Numbered from the stretch's first letter, positions 25,874 through 35,332 are shown. The stretch is 64,000 nucleotides of DNA from an uncultured Acidimicrobiaceae bacterium (GCA_964558575.1 CAZLEQ010000008.1:1274-65273), one strand, 5' to 3'. Numbers and translations are program-made. Notes: generated by a model from the letters alone, not told the origin.

Positions 25874-27049
25874 GTGACCGAACCGAACTCTGACTTCGAG
25901 AGACTCATCGGGCCCGACCGGCGGCGGGTCAGGAGACCTCGTGGGCTGGCCGCATGGATCTCCGGGATAGCGTTCCTGGTCTTCGTGGGGCTCGTGGCCC
26001 TGTGGCCCACCGACCCCGCCGACCTGGACTTGAGCGAGATCGGGTTCTCCGAGCAGGTGGTGAGGGCAGAAGTCGCCACCTCGGCGGTCCTCCCGTGCTC
26101 ATATGCCGCCGAGCTCGATTGCCGTCTCTACCAATTCTCGTTACTCGATGAGCCGGTGGGGGACAGTGCGATCCTGGAGTTCCCCGACGAGCCGGGCCAG
26201 CCGCAGCTCGACGTAGGTGAGTCGGTCTTCCTCGCGGTGGTCACCCACGAAGACGGGACGGTGGACTACCAGTACGCCGACACCGACAGACGGATGATGC
26301 TGGTCATCCTCGCCCTGGTCTTCGCTCTCGCGGTGGTGGGTCTCGGCCGTCTACGTGGGGTTGCCGCTCTGGCCGGTCTGGCGTTGAGTATCGCCATCCT
26401 CCTCTTGTTCATCCTTCCTGCGATCGTCGCCGGGACGGACGCGGTTCTGGTAGCCATGGTGGGCGGCGGGGCAATCGCCCTCATCTCGCTGTACCTGGCG
26501 CACGGCTACAACCCCCTGACCCATGTGGCCGCTCTGGGAGCCTTCTCGGCGCTCGCCCTGGCCACGGCCTTGTCGTGGCTGGTGTTGGCGGTCGCCGACT
26601 TCTCCGGTCTCGCCGCCGAGGAGGCATTCTTCCTCCTCGCCATCCCCGACCTCGACCTCAATGGGCTATTGCTCGCCGGGATCGTGCTCGGTGCGATCGG
26701 AGCCCTCGATGACGTCACCGTCACCCAGGCCTCGGCGGTGTGGGAGGTGCACTCGGCCAATCCGTCGCTCGAGTCGGCGGAGCTGTATGCCTCGGGGCTG
26801 CGGGTGGGACGGGATCACATCGTGTCTACGGTGAACACCCTGCTCCTCGCGTACGCCGGTGCCTCGCTGCCCTTGCTCATCCTGTTCACGCTCTCCGGGC
26901 AGTCGTTTGGGTTCGTGGCCAGCTCGGAGGTGGTGGCGATCGAGATCGTTCGAACCCTGGTCGGCTCGATCGGGTTGGTGGCGGCGGTCCCGGTCACCAC
27001 CTGGCTGAGCTCGAGAGCGGTCAAGCGAGCCGGGCCGTTCCGTCGCTGA
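25874..27049 (+). CDS. YibE/F family membrane protein
   Basis: N-terminal TM helix plus an extracytoplasmic segment, then about 7 TM helices with GA.GALDDVTVTQASAV.E and HIVSTVNTLLLAYAG motifs. Confidence 0.7.
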   Translation: MTEPNSDFERLIGPDRRRVRRPRGLAAWISGIAFLVFVGLVALWPTDPADLDLSEIGFSEQVVRAEVATSAVLPCSYAAELDCRLYQFSLLDEPVGDSAILEFPDEPGQPQLDVGESVFLAVVTHEDGTVDYQYADTDRRMMLVILALVFALAVVGLGRLRGVAALAGLALSIAILLLFILPAIVAGTDAVLVAMVGGGAIALISLYLAHGYNPLTHVAALGAFSALALATALSWLVLAVADFSGLAAEEAFFLLAIPDLDLNGLLLAGIVLGAIGALDDVTVTQASAVWEVHSANPSLESAELYASGLRVGRDHIVSTVNTLLLAYAGASLPLLILFTLSGQSFGFVASSEVVAIEIVRTLVGSIGLVAAVPVTTWLSSRAVKRAGPFRR

Positions 27050-27132
27050 TGCCGACCCGGATCTCCCCTGGAGGGGACCCGGGCCGGCCTTCCGAAGCGC
27101 GCCGGCGGTTTCCCTTGTTCGGAGAGGTTCGC

Positions 27133-27321
27133 CTATGCGGCCCGACCGAAGGGCTGGGTGGGATCGGGCTGAGCCAGCTTCTCACCCAGATGGATGAGGC
27201 GGTTGCCGATCGCCTGTCTCAGGCCGAGACGGGGCTGCTCCAGCGGCTCTGGAGGATTGACGTGGCGGCGGGCGTACTCGTCGTGGTACCCACCGGCTCT
27301 GGTGTACAGGTCAGCGAACAT
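27133..27321 (-). CDS. Small hypothetical protein (62 aa from the internal ATG)
   Basis: The ORF overlaps the 3' end of the ArsR-type gene by 11 nt in an operon-like arrangement. No recognisable motif. The call rests only on position and non-repetitive composition. Confidence 0.3.
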   Translation of the reverse strand: MFADLYTRAGGYHDEYARRHVNPPEPLEQPRLGLRQAIGNRLIHLGEKLAQPDPTQPFGRAA

Positions 27322-28438
27322 CGCGTAACTCCTCACTTCCTGAATGCATGAGATATGAATCGAGGTATCCGGCGGCGTCGGTGAGCGTCTGCTCTCTCAG
27401 CGAGTAGGCCTTCTCGCGTGACGACTTCTCCTCGGGTATGTGGACCCTGATGAGGCCTGCCCCTCGGAGCAGGGTAATGTGGTGGTGGACGGTCGACTTG
27501 GTCAACCCGAGCATCTCGGCGAGGTCGTCTAGCGACGCCGGTCCTTCACTGAGGCGGCGGAGGATGCGGAGCCTCCTCTCGTCGCTGAGCGCCTTGTAGG
27601 TGCGCACCAGCCACGAAGGCGGAGCCTCCGGATCGCTGTCGATGAACTCGTCCGCGATGCCGTAGAAGACGACCAGGGTGCCCCGGTATCCGTCGATCAG
27701 TGAAAGGGGCCGGGTGAGCACCGAGGGGACCAGGACGACCCGGGTGGTGCCCACCGGGATCTCGAAGTCGATTCCGCTGGTGACCTCCTCGACGATCTCC
27801 TTGGCGCTGCCACGTGTCGGTGCGGCGCGGCGCGCGGCGGCGGCCCTGGCGATCGCACCGGCGAACTCTTCCTCGAAGTCGTCGAAGACTTCGCTCCGGA
27901 ACCGCTCCAGAGCGGCCCCGAACCGACCGGGGAGCCCCTCGGTGCTCACCATCCAGCGCAGGTATTCCACGACCTCCTCCTTCTCCTCGGCCATCTCTCC
28001 CATGACGGCGTCCACGGCCTCGGTGTCGCCCTGGGCGGCCTGTTCGATGAGGGCCTGGTCGTCGTTGTGGCTGCTGTAGGCGAGGATCCACCGTCGAAGT
28101 CGCTGCTCGCCAACCGTCTTCAGCCAGTCGAAGACCCGTTGCGGCTCGTGGGGGTGAGGTGCGGCCAGGAGGAGACCGGCCACGGCCAGCCAGACGTGGG
28201 CGTCGGGGCCACCGAGGGTTTCCAATTCAGACCCGAACTCGTCGCCGCAGGTGGCCCTGATGTTCTCGAGCCAGTTCTCACCTAGCTCCGTGGCGGTGTT
28301 CGGCTCCTTCGGGCTGAAGGCCGACCAGATGGTCAGGGGGATCTCGAAGGTGACCGTCCCCTCGATCTCGATGGGGATCCGGCGCGGGGCGGCGGTGAGG
28401 CCCCTCACCCGCTCACTGGGGATAATCAGTTCAGTCAT
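27311..28438 (-). CDS. ArsR-family winged-helix regulator with a long N-terminal uncharacterised domain (DUF5937-like)
   Basis: The C-terminus LSDERRLRILRRLSEGPASLDDLAEMLGLTKSTVHHHITLLRGAGLI is a classic ArsR HTH. About 270 aa with no recognisable motif precede it. Confidence 0.7.
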   Translation of the reverse strand: MTELIIPSERVRGLTAAPRRIPIEIEGTVTFEIPLTIWSAFSPKEPNTATELGENWLENIRATCGDEFGSELETLGGPDAHVWLAVAGLLLAAPHPHEPQRVFDWLKTVGEQRLRRWILAYSSHNDDQALIEQAAQGDTEAVDAVMGEMAEEKEEVVEYLRWMVSTEGLPGRFGAALERFRSEVFDDFEEEFAGAIARAAAARRAAPTRGSAKEIVEEVTSGIDFEIPVGTTRVVLVPSVLTRPLSLIDGYRGTLVVFYGIADEFIDSDPEAPPSWLVRTYKALSDERRLRILRRLSEGPASLDDLAEMLGLTKSTVHHHITLLRGAGLIRVHIPEEKSSREKAYSLREQTLTDAAGYLDSYLMHSGSEELRDVR

Positions 28439-28456
28439 TTCGCACACACACCTGAG

Positions 28457-28522
28457 ATTCGACAAATATCGAATGTGAGTATGTCATATCGATATTCGCC
28501 TGTCAACGGCAGTTTCGACAAA
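28457..28522. promoter_or_regulatory. AT-rich divergent promoter/operator region with palindromes and a direct repeat
   Basis: ATTCGA-caaata-TCGAAT at 28457-28474; ATATCGATAT at 28486-28495; TTCGACAAA repeated at 28458 and 28514. The region lies between the divergent ArsR-type gene and the Fe-S reductase gene. Confidence 0.4.
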
Positions 28523-28636
28523 CTTCAGATGATCGGGCGAGCGGCGAGTGTCGTGATATCGGCTCGCCCATAGTGGTGGGAAGCACAGTTTTCGGTGTGG
28601 CGAAGTCCGAGCGCGACATCCCTACACTCGCCGCCC

Positions 28637-30778
28637 ATGTCCAGTGTTCGTCGTCCGACCACAGCCCAGGTGCTGGAGACGATCGGCGTGCTGTCGGCGC
28701 TGGCTACGTTGGCCCTGGGTTTCTTGGGGACGATTCAGGAGCACCCTCACTTCGAGGTGGGTCGGGAGGTGTTCGGCAACGTTCCCGATGCCGTGGTGAT
28801 GATCTTCTACGTCGGAGTCGCCTCGTTCCTATGGCTCACCTTCCACCTGTTCGCCCAGCGTGCGGAGAGCTGGGAGCAGGGTGGCGCCGAGGACCGCACC
28901 GGTCATTGGAAGGCCCGGCTCGCCCGGCTCGCCGAGGGGTTGTCGATGAAGACCTTGATGCGCGATCCACGGTACGGGGTGATGCACTCCATGATCTACT
29001 TCGGGTTCATCGTGCTCTTCCTGGGCACGGTCACCCTCGAGATCGACCATCTGATGCCGCCAGGGCTCAAGTTCCTCCACGGCGGCTTCTATCTCGGTTA
29101 CTCGGCCGTCCTCGACCTTGCCGGGGTGGTATTTCTCGCCGGCCTGGCGATGGCCTTCCTCGGCCGTTACGTGGTGCCGTCGTGGCGGATCCGGTCGAAG
29201 ACCAGGCCAGAGGACGCCCTCATCCTGGGGGTCCTGGCCTGGATCGGCATCACCGGCTTCCTGGTGGAGGCAGCGCGCATCTCACAGGCCGGACGCCCCG
29301 ACTTCGAGGTCTGGTCCTTCGTGGGGTACCCACTCTCTCTTCTCTTCGAGCAGGGGACCGCGGGAGATTGGCATCGGTTCTTCTGGGTCAGCCACTCCGC
29401 TCTGTTCGTCGCCTTCCTCGTCATCCTCCCTCTGACCAAGCTGCGGCACATGGTCACCTCACCGGCCAATCTCTTCCTCTCCGCCCATGACCGGCCCAAG
29501 GGAGCGATGCGGCCGATGCCCAATCTCCTCGAGGCGGAGGACATCGACACCATCGGTGCGAGTGTTGCCACCGACCTCACTTGGAAGCAGATCTTCGACA
29601 CCGACGCCTGCACGATCTGCGGCAGGTGCACCTCGGTCTGCCCGGCGAACATCACCGGCAAGCCCCTCGATCCCCGGGAGATCGTGCTCAAGTCGGGCGA
29701 GGTGGCAGCCTCCCTGGCAGGAGTGGCGGCGCCGGTGTCGACCACCGCAGTCCTCGAAGGGGCCGGCTCCTTGTTCGAGCGGATCAGACCCGAGGAGGTG
29801 TTCGCCTGCACCACCTGCAAGGCATGCGATGAGATCTGTCCTGTCGACATCGAGATCCTCGACAAGATTCTCGACATGCGCCGTTACCTGACCCTGATGG
29901 AGTCGGAGTTCCCGACCGAGCTGGGGAAGGCCTTCATGGCGATGGAGAACCAGTCGAATCCCTGGGGCATGAGCCAACAGGCCCGCGCCGACTGGACATC
30001 CGAGCTCGACTTCGAGGTCCCGAGACTGGGGGAGAATGGGAAGGACACCGCGGAGTACCTGTGGTTCGTGGGTTGTGCCGGCTCGTTCGACGACCGTAAT
30101 ACGGCCACTTCGGTGGCCCTGGCACGGTTGCTCCGCGAGGCAGGGATCGACTTCGCCATCCTCGGACAGAGAGAACTGTGCAACGGTGATTCGGCACGGC
30201 GCTCGGGGAACGAGTTCGTCTTTCAGCAACTCGCCCTGCAGAACATCGAGACTTTCGAGGAGCTCGGGGTTCGCAAGATCATCACCCAATGCGCCCATTG
30301 CTTCAACACCCTCGCCAATGAGTATCCGCAGTTCGGCGGGGAGTACGAAGTGGTCCACCACAGCCAGCTACTCGCTGAGCTGTTGACTCAGGGACGGCTG
30401 AGCGAGCCCAAGAAGGCCAACGGGGATCCGAAGAGGATCGCCTATCACGACGCCTGTTACCTGGGTCGTCACAACGACGTCTATCTGGCTCCCCGCAGCG
30501 TGGTCGGCGGGTCCGGCAACGATGTCGTAGAGATGCCTCGTCATGGCACCAGGGGCCTCTGTTGTGGTGCCGGTGGGGCGCGCTTTTGGATGGAGGAGCA
30601 CACCGGCAAGAAGGTGAACAACGAGCGAGCCGAGGAGGCCCTGGCCACCGGGGCCGACGAGATCGCCGTCGCCTGCCCGTTCTGCTTCGTGATGCTCGAC
30701 GACGGGATCAAGGAGCTCGGCCGTGACGACGTCCCGGTCAGGGACATTGCCATGATCCTGGCTGACGGCCTGGAGTGA
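28637..30778 (+). CDS. Membrane-anchored Fe-S oxidoreductase: NarI/DsrM-like heme-b membrane domain, two 4Fe-4S motifs, and HdrD-like CCG domains (Rv0338c-like)
   Basis: About 6 TM helices with conserved His residues, then CTICGRCTSVCP and CTTCKACDEICP, then CCG-type motifs (GCAGSFD, CAHCFN, HDACYLGRH, GLCCGAGG). Confidence 0.8.
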   Translation: MSSVRRPTTAQVLETIGVLSALATLALGFLGTIQEHPHFEVGREVFGNVPDAVVMIFYVGVASFLWLTFHLFAQRAESWEQGGAEDRTGHWKARLARLAEGLSMKTLMRDPRYGVMHSMIYFGFIVLFLGTVTLEIDHLMPPGLKFLHGGFYLGYSAVLDLAGVVFLAGLAMAFLGRYVVPSWRIRSKTRPEDALILGVLAWIGITGFLVEAARISQAGRPDFEVWSFVGYPLSLLFEQGTAGDWHRFFWVSHSALFVAFLVILPLTKLRHMVTSPANLFLSAHDRPKGAMRPMPNLLEAEDIDTIGASVATDLTWKQIFDTDACTICGRCTSVCPANITGKPLDPREIVLKSGEVAASLAGVAAPVSTTAVLEGAGSLFERIRPEEVFACTTCKACDEICPVDIEILDKILDMRRYLTLMESEFPTELGKAFMAMENQSNPWGMSQQARADWTSELDFEVPRLGENGKDTAEYLWFVGCAGSFDDRNTATSVALARLLREAGIDFAILGQRELCNGDSARRSGNEFVFQQLALQNIETFEELGVRKIITQCAHCFNTLANEYPQFGGEYEVVHHSQLLAELLTQGRLSEPKKANGDPKRIAYHDACYLGRHNDVYLAPRSVVGGSGNDVVEMPRHGTRGLCCGAGGARFWMEEHTGKKVNNERAEEALATGADEIAVACPFCFVMLDDGIKELGRDDVPVRDIAMILADGLE

Positions 30779-30779
30779 G

Positions 30780-31334
30780 TTGGCACGGAAGTCGCGCCTC
30801 GGTTCGAGCCTCGCACCGGCTGTTCTCCTCGCACTGACCGGTTGCCTGGCAGAGGCGGAGGCTCCTTCGCCCACCGATCCGCATGGCTTCACCACCACCA
30901 CGACCATCGCCCCCAGCACCTCGATCGGCGCCGTCGGGCCCAGTCTGACCGAGTTCCGCGAGTGCATGTCCGATCGGGGTGCCCCCGTCCCGGAGGTGCC
31001 GCTCGATGGGCTGGGACGGCCCCGAATCGGTTCCGTGCTCGACGGCCTCGATCTCTCCAGCCGTGAGGTGCTGGGGGCGCTCGAGGAGTGCGGCGGGGTG
31101 CTCACCACCGGAGCGCTCGCCCTGGAGCCGGACCCGGAGATGCGCCGTCTGGTCCAGGCTCAGCTCGAGGAGTTCTCGATTTGTGTCCGCGCCGAGGGAG
31201 TGGCCGGCTTCCCCGATCCGGTCGCGTCCTTCGACGGGGTCGGGTCTCCCTATCCGGCGAGTCGAATCCCCTGGGCCCATCCCGGACTGGCCGACGCGGT
31301 GACCGCCTGTCGGAATGTGCCGTTTAACCCCTAG
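30780..31334 (+). CDS. Hypothetical lipoprotein with four conserved-looking cysteines
   Basis: The signal peptide has the lipobox LALTGC. It is followed by a Thr-rich linker and then the cysteine contexts FRECM, EECGG, SICV and TACRN. TTG start lies 1 nt after the upstream stop. Confidence 0.55.
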   Translation: MARKSRLGSSLAPAVLLALTGCLAEAEAPSPTDPHGFTTTTTIAPSTSIGAVGPSLTEFRECMSDRGAPVPEVPLDGLGRPRIGSVLDGLDLSSREVLGALEECGGVLTTGALALEPDPEMRRLVQAQLEEFSICVRAEGVAGFPDPVASFDGVGSPYPASRIPWAHPGLADAVTACRNVPFNP

Positions 31335-31387
31335 GGTTGTGTTCAGCGGACGAGGCTCTCAGCAGTCAGAACCCATTGAGTGGTCCT

Positions 31388-31672
31388 ATGCCAACCCAGA
31401 CAACTCCAGTCATCGTCCCGGACACGGACGAGAATCTCGACATCGACCGACCGTGGCAGGTCGTGGTCTGGAACGACCCTGTCAACACGATGACCTATGT
31501 GGTCTATGTCTTCCGGAAGCTGTTCGGGTACGACGAGTCCAAGGCGACCGAGCTGATGCTGCAGGTGCATCACGATGGACGGGCGATCGTCTCCGACGGG
31601 CCTCGGGAGCAGGCTGAGCTGGACTGTTTCCGGCTCCACAACCACGGTCTCTGGGCAACTCTCGAACGGTGA
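31388..31672 (+). CDS. clpS: ATP-dependent Clp protease adaptor ClpS
   Basis: [22 protein letters not shown]....A..LM..VH..G.A.V. The start was trimmed to MPTQTT. Confidence 0.9.
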   Translation: MPTQTTPVIVPDTDENLDIDRPWQVVVWNDPVNTMTYVVYVFRKLFGYDESKATELMLQVHHDGRAIVSDGPREQAELDCFRLHNHGLWATLER

Positions 31673-32124
31673 GCCACTTTCGCCGCATCGGCGGTGGGAT
31701 CGAGGCCTCCTTCAGCCCGGAGGAGCGGATGTTCCTCGGTGACGTGCCCTCTTTGCTCGCCGGGATCGGAGCGCCGGGAACCGACCCGGCGGCGGATCGT
31801 CTGAAGATCCCGGTCTACCTCGATGACCAGGAGGCCAACGAAGAGTGGTGGCGGCTGATGGGTCGAGACCTCCAGGCTGCCCGTCGAGCCGACCGGGCCG
31901 TCTTCGAGCAGGTGATCTCGAGTGACGAGCCGGTGGTTCTCGGATACGAGGATGCCGACGCGGTGATTCGAGTACTCAACGAGGCCCGTCTCGCCCTCGG
32001 AGCCCGCCTTGGCATCGAAGTCGAGGCGGACCACGATGAGCTTCCCGAGGACAGCAGGCAGGTGATGGACTATCTGGGCTGGATCCAAGAGGAGTTGACC
32101 GTGGAGCTGATGCGAGCCCTGTGA
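31669..32124 (+). CDS. DUF2017 domain protein (the usual actinobacterial ClpS partner)
   Basis: 151 aa, overlaps the clpS stop by 4 nt. Contains the RL.P.AY.DD.EA..E....... and LN..RL.LG patterns typical of DUF2017. Confidence 0.7.
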   Translation: MSHFRRIGGGIEASFSPEERMFLGDVPSLLAGIGAPGTDPAADRLKIPVYLDDQEANEEWWRLMGRDLQAARRADRAVFEQVISSDEPVVLGYEDADAVIRVLNEARLALGARLGIEVEADHDELPEDSRQVMDYLGWIQEELTVELMRAL

Positions 32125-32223
32125 CAGGCCTCGTGCCCGATGTGTAGGTTCGGCATCGGATGGCATTGGCTGTGACGCTTAGCGCTCCGGGAGGTCCCCT
32201 TGGAAGGTGACCGGATAGCCGAC

Positions 32224-33315
32224 ATGAGAAGCCCGGGCGGCTCTCTCATCTCGGTCTACGCCGACCGTCCCAGCCCGGGGGGCTTTGCTGCCCTCCTCTC
32301 GCATCTCGTCAAGCCACTCCGGGAGCAGGTGGAGGGCCGTGGCCGGGCCGTCGAGAAGAGCGTCCGCGTCGACTCCGAGCGGATCCATGCGCTGGCGGAT
32401 GAATTGGAGCTCGACTCGGCTCCGGGTTATGCCATCTTCGCGTCGGGCCTCGACGACATCTTCGTCCTGGAGCCTCTGGGCCACTCCGTTCCCAGCGTGT
32501 CGACTATCGGGCCCCGCCCCTACATGCGTCCGCTTCGGGCCTCGCCCCGCGCCCTGCGCAGCGGCATCATCGTGGCCGACCACACCCTGGCGCGGACTTT
32601 CGTGGCGGTCGAAGGCATGGTCGAGGAGGCCAACGCACCCATAGATGCCGACATCGGCAACCGGAGTTGGGGCGGCTTCGCCGGTTACGAGGAGCAGAGC
32701 GTGCGTGCCCGAGCCCATGAGGTGTCCGCCAAGTTGTGGCGTGAGGCGGGCGAGCGACTACTCGACCGGCACGTGGCACGGCCGTTCGACTACCTGGCGA
32801 TAGGCGGCCACGAGGAGACCGTCGAAGAGATCGGCCGGACACTGCATCCCTACCTGGCCCGGCTGCAGCGGGCCAAGTTCGCCATCAACCCGCAGAAGTT
32901 CGGGCTTCCCGCCTTGCGCACCGAGGTGGCGGGCATGGACCGGCAAATGCGCAGGCACCAGCACCGCGTACTGGCCGGCCGGATCTGTGACACCGCGTGG
33001 AGCGGGGGAAACGCTCTCCTGGGTCTCACGCAGGTCCTGGAAGCGGCCAACACTCAGGCGATCGACACGCTCGTCGTGGCGGGACCTTTCGCCAAGCCGG
33101 GCGTGATCTGCGACAACTGCGGCTTCCTGGCCCGTCACGGAGACGATTGCCCGGTGTGCGGTGAGGCCATGTTCGAGGTCGACGATGTGGTCGGGGCTCT
33201 CATGGAGTCCACGGTCTCCGCAGGAGGATCCGTCTCCCAGATCATCGTGGCTTCACCCCTAGACCACCACGGAGTCGGTGCCCTGACCCGCTTTCCGGTG
33301 GCGGTGCGCGTCTAG
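32224..33315 (+). CDS. eRF1-like (baeRF1 / Vms1-Ankzf1-type, Rv2629-like) protein with a CxxC...CxxC zinc ribbon
   Basis: Three-domain layout by eye: LISVYAD...PYMRPL; then GGFAGYEEQSVRARAHE; then a C-terminal domain LLGL..V.EA....AIDTLVV with the insert CDNCG...CPVCG. The start is uncertain (TTG 32200 or ATG 32224). Confidence 0.6.
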   Translation: MRSPGGSLISVYADRPSPGGFAALLSHLVKPLREQVEGRGRAVEKSVRVDSERIHALADELELDSAPGYAIFASGLDDIFVLEPLGHSVPSVSTIGPRPYMRPLRASPRALRSGIIVADHTLARTFVAVEGMVEEANAPIDADIGNRSWGGFAGYEEQSVRARAHEVSAKLWREAGERLLDRHVARPFDYLAIGGHEETVEEIGRTLHPYLARLQRAKFAINPQKFGLPALRTEVAGMDRQMRRHQHRVLAGRICDTAWSGGNALLGLTQVLEAANTQAIDTLVVAGPFAKPGVICDNCGFLARHGDDCPVCGEAMFEVDDVVGALMESTVSAGGSVSQIIVASPLDHHGVGALTRFPVAVRV

Positions 33316-33492
33316 TGCCCGACCACTGACGTTTGCCGCGATCAGGACGGCCAGATGACGCCGCTGGCTGCGTCCTCGTCCTCGACGAACGGGTCAGTGC
33401 GCCCCGCGTCCTGCGTCTTGCCAGTCGACGCCCCTGGCTCGCCCTGAACATCGCCAACGTCAATGGCCAACGCACTAGCTACATTCGCTCAT

Positions 33493-34089
33493 ATGTCCAC
33501 TGCCGCCATCGTGCTGGCCGCCGGCGGTTCCAGGCGTTTGGGTCGTGCCAAGCAGTTGGAGCCGTGGGGTGAGTCGAACCTCCTCGAGCATGTCGTCTCC
33601 CGAACGCTCGAGTTTCCCGTCGACGAGGTGTGGGTGGTCATCGGGCACGAGGCGGACCAGATCCTGGAGGAGACCGACCTTGGCGATGCCTATGTCGTCG
33701 AGAACCTCGAGTGGGAGGAGGGGATCGCGTCGTCGTTGCGAGTGGGTCTTGATGCTTTGACCAGACTTTCGCGCTGCGATCAGGCGCTATTGGTCATCGG
33801 GGACCAGCCCGACGTCCCGGTGGCGACGGTAGAGGAGTTGCTTGCATCTCACGCCCGCTCGGGCAAGCCGGTGACGATTCCGAAGTACCGTTACAACTGG
33901 GGTAACCCGGTGGTGGTAGACCGTTCACTGTGGGCCCGGCTGATGTCGTTGGAGGGCGACGAAGGAGCGAGACGTCTCTTGCAAGCCCACCCGGATTGGG
34001 TCAATGAGGTGTGGCTTGCGGAGGCGGCTCCGCGGGATGTGGACACCGAGGCGGACGTCGACGAGCTGAAGCCTCGTCATCCGGCCTGA
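33493..34089 (+). CDS. MobA/MocA-like nucleotidyltransferase (molybdenum cofactor cytidylyl/guanylyl-transferase family)
   Basis: AAIVLAAGGSRRLG..K, GI..SL..GL, and L...GDQP motifs. The start was trimmed to MSTAAIV. Confidence 0.75.
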   Translation: MSTAAIVLAAGGSRRLGRAKQLEPWGESNLLEHVVSRTLEFPVDEVWVVIGHEADQILEETDLGDAYVVENLEWEEGIASSLRVGLDALTRLSRCDQALLVIGDQPDVPVATVEELLASHARSGKPVTIPKYRYNWGNPVVVDRSLWARLMSLEGDEGARRLLQAHPDWVNEVWLAEAAPRDVDTEADVDELKPRHPA

Positions 34090-34151
34090 GTTCAATGGTC
34101 GGTTTTGTCTATATTCGGATGTCGATCAACTGCGGTATATAGAAGGGCGAG

Positions 34152-34556
34152 ATGGCGCGGATCGATCAGGTGGCGGGTATCGGGCATCGAGAGGCAACCA
34201 AGCTGCGTAAGGCCGGGGTTCGTACCAGCAAGTCGCTCTCCGATTGTGCCGCGACTCGACGGGGCAGGACCGAGCTCTCGAAGAAGACCGGGCTCAGCCC
34301 CAAGGATCTCCAAGTGTGGGTCCACCACGCCGACCTGTTGCGGGTGCGTGGGGTCGGCTCAGAGTATGCCGTCCTGCTGGTGGAAGCGGGAGTGGATACC
34401 TTGCGCGATCTGAGACGACGCAACCCGACGGCACTGCTGGCCAAGATCATCGGCATGAACGGCTCCCAGAAGGTAGTGGAGCGTCTGCCCACCGAGGCGA
34501 TGGTGGAGGGCTGGATCGAGGCGGCGGGCGACCTGGATCCGTCGATCAAGAGCTGA
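34152..34556 (+). CDS. DUF4332 domain protein (tandem helix-hairpin-helix)
   Basis: I.GIG...A.KL..AGV.T and L.RV.GVG.EYA.LL..AGVDT..DL motifs; 134 aa. An AT-rich promoter-like stretch lies upstream (34095-34145). Confidence 0.7.
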   Translation: MARIDQVAGIGHREATKLRKAGVRTSKSLSDCAATRRGRTELSKKTGLSPKDLQVWVHHADLLRVRGVGSEYAVLLVEAGVDTLRDLRRRNPTALLAKIIGMNGSQKVVERLPTEAMVEGWIEAAGDLDPSIKS

Positions 34557-34755
34557 TGTGAAGCTCGCCGGACTTCCGCCCATGACGTGTCACGGAGGTT
34601 GCGCAGCGGTGGCTGTCGGTCGACCGGCGTCGTCGGGTGGAGACGAGTCTGGGTGTGGCAGGAGTTCGGGGTAGATCGCCGGGAGATGCGGGAGATGGGG
34701 AAGTTGGGGAGTCAGACCCCCCGAAGGCGCCGACCAGAGCAGGACCCGACCACGA

Positions 34756-34787
34756 GAAGAGGGGCCTCGGAATCGGGGCCCCTCTTC
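34756..34787. terminator. Strong GC-rich hairpin, probable terminator of the XRE/HbhA-like operon (possibly bidirectional)
   Basis: GAAGAGGGGCC-tcggaatcgg-GGCCCCTCTTC, a perfect 11-bp stem located 20 nt past the stop of the HbhA-like gene. Confidence 0.6.
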
Positions 34788-34806
34788 GGTGTGAGGAGGA
34801 GTGAGC

Positions 34807-35328
34807 TCAGGAAGCCGAGGTGGCCTTGGGGGCCGTCGACTTCGCGGTGCTCTTCTTCGCAGCCGAGGACGATGTGCTCGTCTTGGCGGCAGAAGACTTG
34901 GCAGCCGGCTTCTTGGCTGCTGAGGTCTTGACGGCCGGCTTGTTCGCCGCCGGCTTCTTGGTGGCGGGCTCCCTCGCAGCCGATGTCTTCGGCGCCGGGG
35001 TGGCGGTTGCCGTCTGCTCCGGGCGGAAGGACTGGCGCCAGGTGTCGAGCATGTCCTCGAGCTGGTCGCGGAGTTTGCTCACCTGCTCCTTGGCCTGGTC
35101 GAGATCGACCTTCTGGGAGATCTCCTCGACCACCTTGCCCTCGCGAATCCCTGCGAGGAGCTTCTCACCTTCGCTGGCCCACTCGTCGATGGTCTCGTTG
35201 GCCATCTTGGTGTAGCTGTTGGTCTCCTTGGTGACGCGACCCTTGAGGTCGCCCACCCGATCGCTCACCTTGCGGACGGCCACCACCGGGGCACCGACCG
35301 CGGCGTACAGGACGTTCTTTGCCTGCAT
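34807..35328 (-). CDS. hbhA: HbhA-like protein: coiled-coil N-domain plus a Lys/Ala/Ser-rich basic C-terminal tail
   Basis: The N-terminal VLYAAVGAPVVAVRKV... and coiled-coil region resemble mycobacterial heparin-binding hemagglutinin. The tail is KKPAANKPAVKTSAAKKPAAKSSAAK.... The start was trimmed to MQAKNVL. The symbol is assigned by similarity only. Confidence 0.65.
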   Translation of the reverse strand: MQAKNVLYAAVGAPVVAVRKVSDRVGDLKGRVTKETNSYTKMANETIDEWASEGEKLLAGIREGKVVEEISQKVDLDQAKEQVSKLRDQLEDMLDTWRQSFRPEQTATATPAPKTSAAREPATKKPAANKPAVKTSAAKKPAAKSSAAKTSTSSSAAKKSTAKSTAPKATSAS

Positions 35329-35332
35329 CGTC

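Noticed and set aside
30788-30815. A tRNA-like GGTTCGAGCC string.
   Set aside because: The flanks do not form a T-stem, no acceptor or anticodon arms are present, and the string lies inside the signal-peptide coding region of a lipoprotein gene. I recognised no tRNA anywhere in the window.
33316-33492. A possible Moco or other riboswitch in the 177-nt gap upstream of the MobA-like gene.
   Set aside because: I could not recognise any conserved riboswitch core sequence or a convincing multi-stem fold by eye. The region remains unexplained but I am not calling it. A covariance-model scan would settle this.
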